From positions 1 to 64,000 of the forward strand of contig CBDCVR010000014.1 in the NCBI GenBank assembly GCA_965223155.1: 64,000 bases of DNA, given 5' to 3'. How positions within the stretch are numbered: position 1 is the stretch's first letter; each line of letters opens with the position of its first letter. Below the pieces are notes generated by a model that was given only the letters and a program-made list of their open reading frames with translations, searched no databases and was not told the DNA's origin. This stretch comes from Candidatus Multivoradales bacterium (lineage in GTDB: Bacteria > Acidobacteriota > Thermoanaerobaculia > Multivoradales > JAHEKO01). The position numbers and the translations under genes were made by a program. Below are positions 48,758-59,214 of the stretch, one piece after another.

Positions 48758-51700
48758 TTAGGCCATCGGTGGTATTGATTCTGTACACAGCTCGTCCAAT
48801 AAAGGCTTTGCCTCTATCAAATCCACCGTGTCAAACCCCTCGGTGAACCATTCATAGACTGGGGCGAGCAAGTCGTAGGCATCCTGGCGCTTGCCCTGCG
48901 ACTGCCACAGGCGGGCCAGGCTGGTGGCGGCGCGCAGTTCCCAGGATTTGGCCTCTTGGCGACGGGCGATGTCCAGGGCCTGCTGGAAACAGGTTTCCGC
49001 CTGCGCCGCATCCGGGACGGCCTGGCGCAGCATCAAAGCCCCCTTGATGCGGTGCGTCTCCGCCTCGTACCAGCGCGCCTCTGTCTGCTCGGTCAACTCC
49101 AGCGCCTCGGCCACCATGTGCAAGCCTGCGTCGACCTGCCCCAGCGCGCCTAAGGCCTCCGCCAAGACGGGAAGCAATGCTGGCGGAGCCATACGGTTTT
49201 CCGTCGCCAGCACGTCCGCCACCCCCTGACGCATCAGCGTCACTCCCTCCTCGCCCTGGCCCTGAGCAGCTAGCGCCCAGCCCAGTATAAACCTTCCCTG
49301 GGGCGCATATTGCGCCAACGTGTGCTCGGTTGCCAGTGCGATGTTCGCCTCGGCCTGTTCCTGGCCCGCATGCGCCTCCCTCCGCAACATATGCAGAAGT
49401 GACGCAAAGTTCAGCGCCCCGGCGAGGGTTAGGGGATGCCCTAGCTCCCGCGCCAGGGCGCAGGCGGCCTGACTCCGCTTGAGGCCCTGGTCCGGATAGC
49501 CCAAAAGCCACAGGGTGACTGCGGCGGAGTATAGGCGCATCACCCCAGGGGCATTGCCATAGCGGAGCGCGAGCGTCCGCTGCGCCTCCGGATCGGTCAG
49601 GGCGGCCCCATGCTCTAGGTGCGGGCGGGCAGCGGTTAACGCACCCATGAAGGTCAAGGTGTAGCCAAATGACGTGTGCGCCACCAAGAGACGGGAGGCA
49701 TCGGGCTGGCGTTGAGCTAGGCTGAGGAGCTGTTCCCCCACCTCCCGCGCCATTGGCAATCTCCCTCCAGTTTGATAAAACCGCCACAGACCGCGCAGCG
49801 CAGGAAACAGCTGCTGGCGTCTCTCCCGCCTGCTGGCACAGCTCCCGGGCGCGGCTATAGGTCTGCTCCACCTCGGCGGCGGCATAGCCATGGGTGGCCA
49901 TCAATGCGGGGCCGAGCGCCATATGCAGGGCGAGTTCCTGCTGGGTGCGCTCGGGCGTCTCGGGCAGCGTCGCCAACAACTCTAGCCCGGTGCGCAGGTG
50001 ACGCACGGCTTCCTGATGGGCCGAGCGCCGCCCCGCGTGTTGCCCCGCCTGCTGCCAGTAGCCAATGGCCTGGTCGAGACAGGCCGCTTCGGTATAGTGA
50101 TGCGCCACCACCTCCGGCTGCGTCTCGACCACCTCGAGAAACCGCGCTTCCAGGAGCTGGGCCACCTGCTGGTGATACCCCTGCCGCGTATTGCGCAGCA
50201 ATGACGCATACGCCGCATCCTGGATTAAGGCGTGTTTGAAGAGATAGCGGGCCCGGGGCGGCCGGCCCCGCTGGTAGAGCAGTTCCGCCTGCACCAACTG
50301 CGCCAGCGCCGCTTGCAAGGTCGCCTCGTCCTGCCAGGAGAGCGCCTGGAGTATGGCATACGGAAACTCCCGCCCCAGCACCGACCCTAGCTGCGCCACC
50401 TCTTTGGCCGTGTTCATTTGGTCCAGCCGGGCCATCAGCGAATCCTGCAAAGTATCCGGGATCGCCACGCTCAAGAGCGGCCCGGTCAGCACATATTGCT
50501 CAGCTTCCTCCCGCAGCAGATCCGAGGTCAATAGCATCTTGGTCAGCTCTTCCACATAGAGGGGCACGCCATCGGTCTTGCCCACAATATGCGCCACGAC
50601 CTCTTCTGGGAGCGGCTTGCCGCAGGCCAGGCGGCTCACAAGCGCTTCCACCTGCGGCCGCTCCAAGCGGCTCAGGGTGATTGGGGTCAGGTGCGAACGA
50701 GCAGGCCAGGGCGACTCAAACTCGGACCGGTACGTGAGCACGTGTAGCATCGTGGCGGTGGGAGCCTGCTCAACCATCAGACTCAGGGTTTCCAGGGTCG
50801 AGGGGTCGGCCCAGTGCAGATCTTCCCACACCGCCAGCACGGGTTGGCGTTCCGCTTCTTCCAGCAGCCACGCCACCAGCATATCCTGCGTCTGTTGCCG
50901 CTGTTGTTGAGGACTCAAAGTCAGAGCAGCATAGCGGCCCTCGGGCAACGGCAACGAGAGCAGCGCAGCCATCAAGGGCGCCGCTTCCTCCAGCGGCAGA
51001 CCGGCGTCCACCAGCCCCTGTTCCAATTTCCCCAGACGCGTGTTGGCAGTGTCCTCCGGCTGCCAGCCGAGCGCCCGCTGCACCTGCTCGATGATGGGGT
51101 AAAAGGCGCTGTTGACATGATACGGCGAGCAGCGAAACGCAATGCGCGTGAAGCCCTCTTGGCGAACATGGTCTCGCAGCCCCTCAACCAGCGACGACTT
51201 GCCAATACCCGCTTCGCCACTGAGCAACACCACTTGCCCCAGACTCTCTTTGCTCTGCTCCCAACGTCGTAACAGCAGGCCAATTTCTTCGTCACGGCCC
51301 ACCAAGGCGTCAAATCCACCTGAGAGCATCGCCGCATGGTCATCGCGCTCCGCTTCACGCGGACTCACGACCGTGTAGAGCCTCATGGGCTCGGCTACGC
51401 CTTTGAGGTCGTGGGCGCCGAATTCCTCCAAGACAAACAAGCGTTGCGTAAGCTGCGCCGTCACCGGGCTAATCACCACGGCGTTGGCCTGAGCCAGACC
51501 TTCAAGCCGCGCCGCAATGTTGGGCGTCTCACCCAGCGCCAGGTTTTCGTGGCGGCCGCCGCCGCCCATTTCACCCACCACCACTGGGCCGGTATGAATG
51601 CCGATGCGCACGGCAAGTTCAACGTCATACGCTGTTTTGATACGCGTGTTGAGCGTAGCCATCGCCTCGACAATCCCCAATCCCGTATAGACGGCGCGCG

Positions 51701-52391
51701 GCGCATCATCTTCGTGCGCCACGGGGAAGCCAAAATAGATGAGCAGGCCATCGCCCAGATACTGCGCAATGTGCCCCTCATAACGCCCAATGACTTCGGC
51801 GGCTGTCTCTTGATAGGCGCGCACCACCTCGCGCAAATCTTCGGGATCGAGTTTACCAGAGAGATCGGTAGAGCCCACCAGGTCGCAGAACATCACGGTG
51901 AGCTGGCGCCGTTCGGCTTCCGGCGCGCTGCGGACCAGTTCCGGCTCGGCAATCCGCTCGTTAGGCAGGGGTTCAGGCGGCGCAGCCGCTTCCGCCATCG
52001 TTCCTGCGGGCGCTGTCCAAACCAACACCTTGCCGCCTGCATCGCGAGCCGCCTCGATCAACAGCAGTTCTTCCTTGATCTCCTCCAGCATGACGTCGTC
52101 AATGCCAAAGAGATATTTGAGGGTGCGATAAGTAGCCCGCCCGTTTCCTCGGAGCAGCCCTATCACGGCGGGCATCAGCGCCTGAAACCGACTCTCGGCA
52201 TCAGCTTCTCGCGGCGCAGACAGGGCAGAGCCAGGCGCCGAGATTAGCGCCGCACCGCATTGATCGCAGAATTTCGCATCGGCGGCATTCTCACGCCCAC
52301 AGGCCGGACACACAGGGGCAAATGGCGCGGCGCACTGATTGCAGAACTTGGCGTCCGAAGCGTTTTCATGCTGGCACTGGAGACATTGCAT
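48758..52391 (-). CDS. Double zinc-ribbon + class III adenylate/guanylate cyclase + AAA ATPase + TPR protein with apparent frameshift at ~49815
   Basis: Four CxxC pairs; ERRQLTVMFCDLVGST, YLGDG, RIGIHTG; GEAGIGKS; WELRAATSLARLW. Confidence 0.9.
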
Positions 52392-52415
52392 ACCGCGCTC
52401 CCACGCGTAGGGGAT

Positions 52416-54317
52416 TTAAAAATAAAATTGCCAGCCAATACTAGCAGTCATAAAAGCCTCACCGAAATCATTTCTGTGGTTAATTTCGATGTTGAACACG
52501 CTTTGCTGTGTCAACGCTATTCTCTGACCAAGCCCAATTTGATAAGCATTGGCGTCAATACCCTGAACATACCGGAGAAAACGGCCTGAGAGCCTCACTC
52601 GCCAGCGGTTCGACACATCCCAAAGAACACCCGCGCTCGATCCCACAGCAATCGCCATATATTGCTTAAAGCGGTCACCAAGATCAATCGCGCCTTCGCC
52701 GAAGGCATAGACCATACCGCGCTCCGATAGCCGATAGCTCACGCCAAGCCCCCCGTTCGCCTCGCCAACGATAGCGCTTTCACGCTCGGAAAACCGTTTC
52801 CGTTGCGCGCCGATGTTGACTTTCCAGGACCAGGGCTGCAAAAAGCGGTCGCGCAAGGGCGTCGAGACGAGGTCGATAAGTCCAAAGCGCTCCAGGTTGA
52901 TCTTGCCCCGGTTGAAATCATAGCGAAGCTCGACATGCAAAAATTCAAGCTGCGCGCCCGGTGGGTAACCGCCTGCAGGGTCGAGCAGATCATGATAGGC
53001 GTGCCGGTATTGCAACCCCACAAATGGCGCGTCATCCTCAAATCCCAATACAACTCCGAACCTGGAGGTTTTGTGCCCTTGATCCGGCCGCACGACAGGC
53101 GCCGGGATGTGAGGCGATTGATCGGGAACCTTTAGGGCGCTTCTCATCTTGAGTAAAGCCAGCGTCGTCCGCTCCTGCTCGTCCCCTGCATCCGAGTGTT
53201 TACGATAGCCCAGGTACTCTAGCGCCAATTCCACGACTTGAGCCTGCTCGACCGGGGTGAGCGCCAGCGTCTCCATACTCTCAGCGGCGATCTCACCCGC
53301 AGCTAAGCCTCGGGCCATGTCCTGAAGCCGAGCCTCCATGCCGTACAAGCGATGACGCAGGACCGTGCTTCGAGACGGACGATACCGCACCTGCTGGAGG
53401 AGTCCTGGAGCCGTCGTCACGGCGCGCACGGTGTCCGAGGGAATCGCCTGCAGAGAGAACTGATCGGTCAGCGTCAACGAGGGCCTCGCCACTTCGATTA
53501 ACGACAATAACTGATAAGAGCAATTCTCACGGTGAAAAAAATAGTCGAAATGCGCTGAGCGCAGCTCCCATACATGCATCAACAAGCGCCGTGTTTCCTC
53601 CGGGTTCAGAGTCAACTGGTATTCCCAGATATCGCGATTCTCGATGTCGCCGTATTCCCTGACCTTGCGATGATAGCGAGACACGGAAAAGCGCCCTGGA
53701 AACGCGCCAAACAGCCCCTTCACCGCATAAACAACGCCGCGCGCTTCATCCGTTTGCGCCGCGAAATTCACCGTAAAATCCAAAAGCCGCGTTTGCTCCG
53801 TGTGCGTCGCCGCGTCTATCCGCAGGAGGGTGTGGCCGAACATGGATGGCGGGTTATTCAGATAGGCTACGGGAAAAATCAACGTGACCCCGTGCGGGTC
53901 GATGGCCGAGAGCCAGTCGTCAAAGCGCGGACAAGATTGCTCCGGCAAGCGTTGGGGATCGAAGCCCAGCCTTTGTTTCAACCACTGGTATCGCGCGATA
54001 AAGACGCATTGAGGGTGCGCATCAGGTTCTGTGGGACGAACGCCAGCAAAAAACCGGGTCAAGGTCGCCTGAAGCTCTGCAGCGGGATCATGATTGCCGT
54101 TAGACGCATTGAAAAATGCCTCGGCGTCGACTGCGCTGTGCGCGCGTGAACGCAGCCAACCGGGCTGGTAATGGAGCAGCAGCGCCCACTCCCTGCTTTC
54201 CGCCAAGCGCAGTTGGCGAGCGCGTTGGATGAGTTCTTCTAGATAAGCCTGGTCCGCAGCATGCGCCGCCATCGCCAACACCAGGGCCAGCAACGCCTGC
54301 ATCAAAAGGCTTTTCAT
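52416..54317 (-). CDS. DUF4105 (Lnb-like) protein with C-terminal beta-barrel
   Basis: SMFGHTLLR, ENRDIWEY, YFF..NCSY; terminal Phe. Confidence 0.85.
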   Translation of the reverse strand: MKSLLMQALLALVLAMAAHAADQAYLEELIQRARQLRLAESREWALLLHYQPGWLRSRAHSAVDAEAFFNASNGNHDPAAELQATLTRFFAGVRPTEPDAHPQCVFIARYQWLKQRLGFDPQRLPEQSCPRFDDWLSAIDPHGVTLIFPVAYLNNPPSMFGHTLLRIDAATHTEQTRLLDFTVNFAAQTDEARGVVYAVKGLFGAFPGRFSVSRYHRKVREYGDIENRDIWEYQLTLNPEETRRLLMHVWELRSAHFDYFFHRENCSYQLLSLIEVARPSLTLTDQFSLQAIPSDTVRAVTTAPGLLQQVRYRPSRSTVLRHRLYGMEARLQDMARGLAAGEIAAESMETLALTPVEQAQVVELALEYLGYRKHSDAGDEQERTTLALLKMRSALKVPDQSPHIPAPVVRPDQGHKTSRFGVVLGFEDDAPFVGLQYRHAYHDLLDPAGGYPPGAQLEFLHVELRYDFNRGKINLERFGLIDLVSTPLRDRFLQPWSWKVNIGAQRKRFSERESAIVGEANGGLGVSYRLSERGMVYAFGEGAIDLGDRFKQYMAIAVGSSAGVLWDVSNRWRVRLSGRFLRYVQGIDANAYQIGLGQRIALTQQSVFNIEINHRNDFGEAFMTASIGWQFYF

Positions 54318-54325
54318 CTCATGAG

Positions 54326-54748
54326 CTACTGAGTGAGATAGGAATGAGCTGCTAATTCAAGTTCCAGTCTGGTCATCAATTGGTCAGGCGTGGTCTGGCC
54401 GGAATCAAACAGAGATGCAAAGCGATTCTTCGTCAACGCGAAAAACGCCTGTTGCTGCTCATCCGGCACGCCAAGGATAAAGCCGAGCGAAGATAAATGC
54501 TCACCATTGCCGACCGCCATCTCTGCTCGCAGGCGATCGAAATTGGCGTCTGCAAAAGCGATAGCTTTTTCTCTGGGCGTGGCGTTCTTATCCGCAATCG
54601 CGCCGCCAGTGGTGGAAGTGACCTCACTTGTCGCATCGGAGGTATTTTCGATGCTCCCTGTGGCGGTGTTCATCACGGCGCAGGAGGTCATCAGCAAGGC
54701 CAAGCCAAGAATGCCCATCCATATCGAGAAAGCTCGGCAGCATGTCAT
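54326..54748 (-). CDS. DUF3015-like lipoprotein
   Basis: Lipobox MTSC; LRAEMAVGNGEHLSSL. Confidence 0.75.
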   Translation of the reverse strand: MTCCRAFSIWMGILGLALLMTSCAVMNTATGSIENTSDATSEVTSTTGGAIADKNATPREKAIAFADANFDRLRAEMAVGNGEHLSSLGFILGVPDEQQQAFFALTKNRFASLFDSGQTTPDQLMTRLELELAAHSYLTQ

Positions 54749-54796
54749 ACGATATTGTCCTTGTTTGATGAGATTCGCGCAACAACCCCTTGAGCC

Positions 54797-55624
54797 TCAG
54801 TTCTCTCTCACCCCGCACAGGAAATCCCTGACAGTCTTGATAAAACGCTCCGGGAAAGCCGCGTGCATGCCGTGCCCGCTGTCCTCCCAGGTCTCCACCC
54901 GGCAGTTCGGCAGCAGCGACAACGAACGCGCCGTCCACGCCTCCGTCATAACGCCGCCCAGCGCCTGGTTGGCGGTCAGCAGCAAAGACGGCGGCGACGC
55001 CTTCCGCAACTGGCCTTCTACATCCCAGCCCGCGGTAGCGCGGCCGGTGACCGAGGCGCGCAGCACATCAATATCCATCATCAGCAACTGCTTTGCCTTG
55101 GTTGCAGCCGCCGACCTTGCGCCCCCGTTGTGTTGAAACACCGCCTCGGCCAGGGCCTCTTCGATTACCCCGGCCTCAAGCAGGTCAAGCTGCCAGCCGA
55201 ATCGCGATCGCGGCGTCCCAGCCTCGCCGCTCACTTCATGCGTGAACATGGGTGGGTCTTCGTAGACGACGGCCTTGACCATGTCTGGAATGGACGCCGC
55301 CACGCCCACTGCAGTCGTCGCGCCCAGCGAGTGTCCCACCACGTAAGTGGGCGCGCCAATGTAATGCTGGATCAGCGCCACGAGGTCAACGGCGTACAAA
55401 TCGCGGTGGTAGCCGCCGGGGAGGTGGCCCGACTTGCCATGGCCGCGCAAGTCCACGGCAAAACAGCGCCAGTCCGCCACAAAGGCCGAGACAATCGGCT
55501 CCCAGGTCGACCAGTCGCTAGTGACGCCATGAATGAATAGCAGGGGCGGCCCATGGTCCGCCCATTCGGCGACGTTGATCGCCACCTCGCCCGCATCGAA
55601 CTGCCGCTCCACAAATTCGCTCAT
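54797..55624 (-). CDS. Alpha/beta hydrolase
   Basis: FIHG, DLRGHG, GHSLG, SGH. Confidence 0.9.
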   Translation of the reverse strand: MSEFVERQFDAGEVAINVAEWADHGPPLLFIHGVTSDWSTWEPIVSAFVADWRCFAVDLRGHGKSGHLPGGYHRDLYAVDLVALIQHYIGAPTYVVGHSLGATTAVGVAASIPDMVKAVVYEDPPMFTHEVSGEAGTPRSRFGWQLDLLEAGVIEEALAEAVFQHNGGARSAAATKAKQLLMMDIDVLRASVTGRATAGWDVEGQLRKASPPSLLLTANQALGGVMTEAWTARSLSLLPNCRVETWEDSGHGMHAAFPERFIKTVRDFLCGVREN

Positions 55625-55883
55625 GCCGTTTCTCTCTCCAGGGGCTAATCGCCGCCTGACCCCAATCCCACCACACGATCGCGCCGCCCCTCAGGCGGCG
55701 CACGGGCCGCCCCCCCCAGGGACCAATCTCTCGAATGGTCGATAGTACCGGCTCTAAGGTCTGTGGTCAAGGTGATGGATGTGTTATCATCCCTTCATTC
55801 ACATGCCGCGCGTCCAAGCGCCGTGATCGCCCGCAGCGCCGATCTGCGCCACTAGCCCCAAACGCTGAAAAAGGAATCTCGCT

Positions 55884-56678
55884 ATGGATCTCGGGCTCTC
55901 AGGAAAATCCGTCATCGTCACCGGCGGCAGTTCGAATATCGGGCGCGCGATTGTGCTGCAGTTTGCCGAAGAAGGCGCCAACATCACCATTGGCGATATC
56001 GATCAGGAAGCGGCTGAGAGCGTCGCGGCGCTGGCGCTGCAACACGGCGCAGGCGGCGCCCAGGCGATCCGCACGGACGTCACGGAGCTGAGCCAGGTCG
56101 AGGCGATGTGCGCCGCCGCCGCCAATCGCTATGGCGCTATCGATGTCTTGGTGAACAACGTCGGCTGGGATCAACTCATGTTTTTCACCCAGACCACGCC
56201 GGAGTTTTGGGATAAAATCGTGCGGCTCAATTACATCGGCATGCTCAATTGCTGCAAAACGGTTCTGGAGACCATGATCCCGCAAAACAGCGGCGCCATC
56301 GTCTCCATCAGCTCCGACGCCGCGCGGCAGGGTGAACCGCGCGAGGCGGTATACGGCGGCATTAAAGCGGCGATCAACAGCGTCATGAAAACCCTGGCCA
56401 AGGAAAACGGCCGCTATGGCATCCGCTGCAACGCCGTGTGCCCGGGCGTGACAATTCCGGATGACGAGGAAGTGGGCCGCCACAGCATGTGGATCAACAA
56501 AGACGACATGTTTACCCCGGAGCAGCTCGACCGCGTGGCCAGAGCGCTACCCCTGCGCAAAGTTGGGCGGCCGCAAGACATCGCCAATGCCGTGGTTTTT
56601 CTCGCCTCGGCCAAGCGAGCGGGGCATATTACGGGACAGGTCTTGAGTGTGAGCGGCGGTTACAGTATGGTGGGGTAG
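55884..56678 (+). CDS. SDR oxidoreductase (BadH-like)
   Basis: TGGSSNIG, NNVGWD, YGGIK, VSGG. Confidence 0.9.
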   Translation: MDLGLSGKSVIVTGGSSNIGRAIVLQFAEEGANITIGDIDQEAAESVAALALQHGAGGAQAIRTDVTELSQVEAMCAAAANRYGAIDVLVNNVGWDQLMFFTQTTPEFWDKIVRLNYIGMLNCCKTVLETMIPQNSGAIVSISSDAARQGEPREAVYGGIKAAINSVMKTLAKENGRYGIRCNAVCPGVTIPDDEEVGRHSMWINKDDMFTPEQLDRVARALPLRKVGRPQDIANAVVFLASAKRAGHITGQVLSVSGGYSMVG

Positions 56679-56723
56679 ATATCACATCGACGGAAAAGGC
56701 GCAATCGATCAAGGAGGCTCGAG

Positions 56724-57038
56724 ATGGCTGAGCAACGCCCGGCAATTTACGACAGCAATCCCAAACTCGGCGAACTGCGCGATAACGTGCTCTTTGGCGA
56801 CGTCTGGGAACAAACCGATCTCTCCAAGCGCGACCGCAGTCTGGTCACCATTACGGCGCTCATCGCCCTGTACCGCACGGGCGAGTTGCGCGGCCACTTA
56901 AAGCGCGCTCTGGCCAATGGCGTGACCAGGGACGAAATTACCGGGGTGATGACGCACATGGCCTTTTACGCTGGCTGGCCAACCGCCGCCAATGCCGTGC
57001 AAGTGGCCAAAGAGGTATTTGACGAGGAGGGTGTTTAG
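56724..57038 (+). CDS. Carboxymuconolactone decarboxylase family protein
   Basis: LFGDVW, LSKRDRSLVT, HMAFYAGWP. Confidence 0.9.
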   Translation: MAEQRPAIYDSNPKLGELRDNVLFGDVWEQTDLSKRDRSLVTITALIALYRTGELRGHLKRALANGVTRDEITGVMTHMAFYAGWPTAANAVQVAKEVFDEEGV

Positions 57039-57116
57039 GCGCAGGGGCTTGTTAGCTCAACCTAGGCATCCTATTCGGCATCAAAGCGATCGTTTCACTC
57101 ACAGGAAGGACGCCCT

Positions 57117-58007
57117 ATGGACGTCTTGTCAATGACACAGGTTCCAACCCTTAAGCACCCGATCCTCATCCTGTCTTTTACCGGCTGGAATGATGCTGGC
57201 ACTGCAGCAACGTTCGCCACCAAGTTTTTGTTGCAGCGCCTGGCGGCCCGCAAGTTTGCAGATATCGATCCGGAAACGTTCTACAACTTTGTCGAACTCC
57301 GGCCAAACGTGCGCATCCGCAACGGCGAGCGCATCATTAACTGGCCAAAAAATGAGTTTTCCTACGCTAAAGATCCAGGCCTGTCGCAAGATGTGATCCT
57401 GGGCCTGGGGGTGGAGCCGCATTTGCGTTGGCGCTCGTACATGGACGCCATCATGGAAGTGGTCAAAGCCTGTAACGTCGAGTTGGTCGTCACGCTAGGC
57501 GCCTTGTTGGCGGATGTGCCCTATGCGCGTCCGGTGCGCATTACCGGTTTGACGAGCGAACCCGCGTTGTCGCGCCGCCTCAATTTGGGCGTGTCGAAGT
57601 ATGAGGGCCCCACGGGCATTGTCGGCGTGCTGCAAGACGCCTGCCGCCAGCACGGCCTGCCGGCAATCAGCATTTGGGCCAATGTGCCGCATTATATTTC
57701 CGCCACCCCTAATGTCAAAGCGGCGCTGGCGATCGTGCGGCGGGTGTTGACCTTGCTCGATTACAGCACCGATCTCTCCGATTTGGAGCGCGCTTCAGTG
57801 GAATTCGACAAGCGCATTGCCGATGTGCTGGCCTCGGATCCGAAAGTGGCCGATTACGTGCGCCGCCTGGAGGAGCGCGATGACGCCGAAGACCCCGAGG
57901 GCGATCAGGGCGACGACCTCGGCGCCTTGCCGAGCGGCGAAGAATTGGCGCGGGAACTCGAACAGTTCTTGCGCGAACAACGGCGCCCTCCGGATGAGGA
58001 CGCGTAG
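57117..58007 (+). CDS. PAC2-family (proteasome assembly chaperone-like) protein
   Basis: FTGWNDAG, EPHLRW, LGALLADVP, YEGPTGI, WANVPHY. Confidence 0.88.
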   Translation: MDVLSMTQVPTLKHPILILSFTGWNDAGTAATFATKFLLQRLAARKFADIDPETFYNFVELRPNVRIRNGERIINWPKNEFSYAKDPGLSQDVILGLGVEPHLRWRSYMDAIMEVVKACNVELVVTLGALLADVPYARPVRITGLTSEPALSRRLNLGVSKYEGPTGIVGVLQDACRQHGLPAISIWANVPHYISATPNVKAALAIVRRVLTLLDYSTDLSDLERASVEFDKRIADVLASDPKVADYVRRLEERDDAEDPEGDQGDDLGALPSGEELARELEQFLREQRRPPDEDA

Positions 58008-58013
58008 CGCCCG

Positions 58014-59060
58014 GTGACGACGATGCGCCAGGTGTGCATTCCCCGCTATGGGCCGCCGGAGGTGCTGCGTCTGCAGGACGCGCCGGAGCCGCCGCTGACG
58101 CCGACAGATGTGCGCATTGCCGTGCATGCCAGTGGGGTGAATTTCGCCGATGTGATGGCCCGCCAGGGGCTGTATCCGGATTGCCCGAAACCGCCGGTGG
58201 TGGTGGGCTATGAAGTGGCCGGGCGGGTGATCGAAGCCGGGGCCGAGGCGACAGGCGTGGCCACTGGCCAGCGCGTCGTGGCGCTGACGCGGTTTGGCGG
58301 CTATGCGGATCAAGTTGTCGTCCCGTGGCGCCAGGTGTTCGCGCTGCCTGACGATATGCCGTTCACCGACGCCGCGGCGCTGCCGGTGAATTACCTCACC
58401 GCCTATCTGGCGCTGTATGTGTGCGGCCATTTGCAAACCAGCGAGCGCGTGCTCATCCATGGCGCCGGCGGCGGGGTGGGGCTCGCCGCCATGCAGCTTT
58501 GCCGCTTGCGCGACGCCGAAATTTACGCCACGGCCTCCGTGCGCAAGCACGATTTTTTGCGCCAGCACGGCGCCCATCACACCTTTACGTATGATCCCAA
58601 AGCACTGCGTCAGGGCATTCATGACGCCACTGCAGGCCGCGGCGTCGACATCGCGCTCGATCCCCACGGGGGCCGCTCGTTCGCCGAGAGCTACCGGCTC
58701 CTGGCGCCGCTGGGCCGCTTGATCATGTTCGGGGTGTCAAGCCTGAGTCCGGGTTTGCGCCGCCATCCCCTGACGGCGCTCTGGCATCTCCTGCGCATGC
58801 CCTGGTTTCATCCCATCCGGCTGTTGAACGACAATGCCGCTGTCATCGGCGTCAACCTGGGACATCTGTGGGAGGAACAGACGCTGTTGACACAGGCAAT
58901 GACGCATCTCTTGTCGCTGTATCAAGAGGGGCGCATTCGTCCCGTGATTGCGCGTCAGTTTGACCTGTCCGACGCGTCTGCAGCGCATCAGTATATACAC
59001 GAGCGGCAAAATATCGGCAAAGTGCTGCTCGTTTCGCATTCTGGAGCAGATGGGCCATAA
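58014..59060 (+). CDS. MDR-family NADPH:quinone oxidoreductase (VAT-1-like)
   Basis: GVNFAD, GYEVAG, IHGAGGGVG, NIGKV. Confidence 0.88.
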   Translation: MTTMRQVCIPRYGPPEVLRLQDAPEPPLTPTDVRIAVHASGVNFADVMARQGLYPDCPKPPVVVGYEVAGRVIEAGAEATGVATGQRVVALTRFGGYADQVVVPWRQVFALPDDMPFTDAAALPVNYLTAYLALYVCGHLQTSERVLIHGAGGGVGLAAMQLCRLRDAEIYATASVRKHDFLRQHGAHHTFTYDPKALRQGIHDATAGRGVDIALDPHGGRSFAESYRLLAPLGRLIMFGVSSLSPGLRRHPLTALWHLLRMPWFHPIRLLNDNAAVIGVNLGHLWEEQTLLTQAMTHLLSLYQEGRIRPVIARQFDLSDASAAHQYIHERQNIGKVLLVSHSGADGP

Positions 59061-59130
59061 AGTCTATTGGTATACGCTCGATGATCACATGCCCGAAGGC
59101 GAGCGCGCCCTCCAAAATACCGCCGGCTCT

Positions 59131-59162
59131 TTAATCTATTTTTCATCTTGGCGTTCTACAAT
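59131..59162 (+). promoter_or_regulatory. OmpR/PhoB-type tandem box plus -10 element
   Basis: TTAATCT (59131) and TTCATCT (59142), 11 bp apart, followed by TACAAT (59157). Confidence 0.5.
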
Positions 59163-59214
59163 TCTCCTTGAACCATCATTCGAACCACTGTCTCATGGAG
59201 AAGGAGATATCGCC

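Noticed and set aside
49810-49825. Programmed frameshift in the cyclase gene
   Set aside because: No slippery heptamer; one of many similar indels in the window.
58948-59214. Extended N-terminus of the secreted protein
   Set aside because: It overlaps the upstream gene and promoter; the RBS and signal peptide support a start at 59215.
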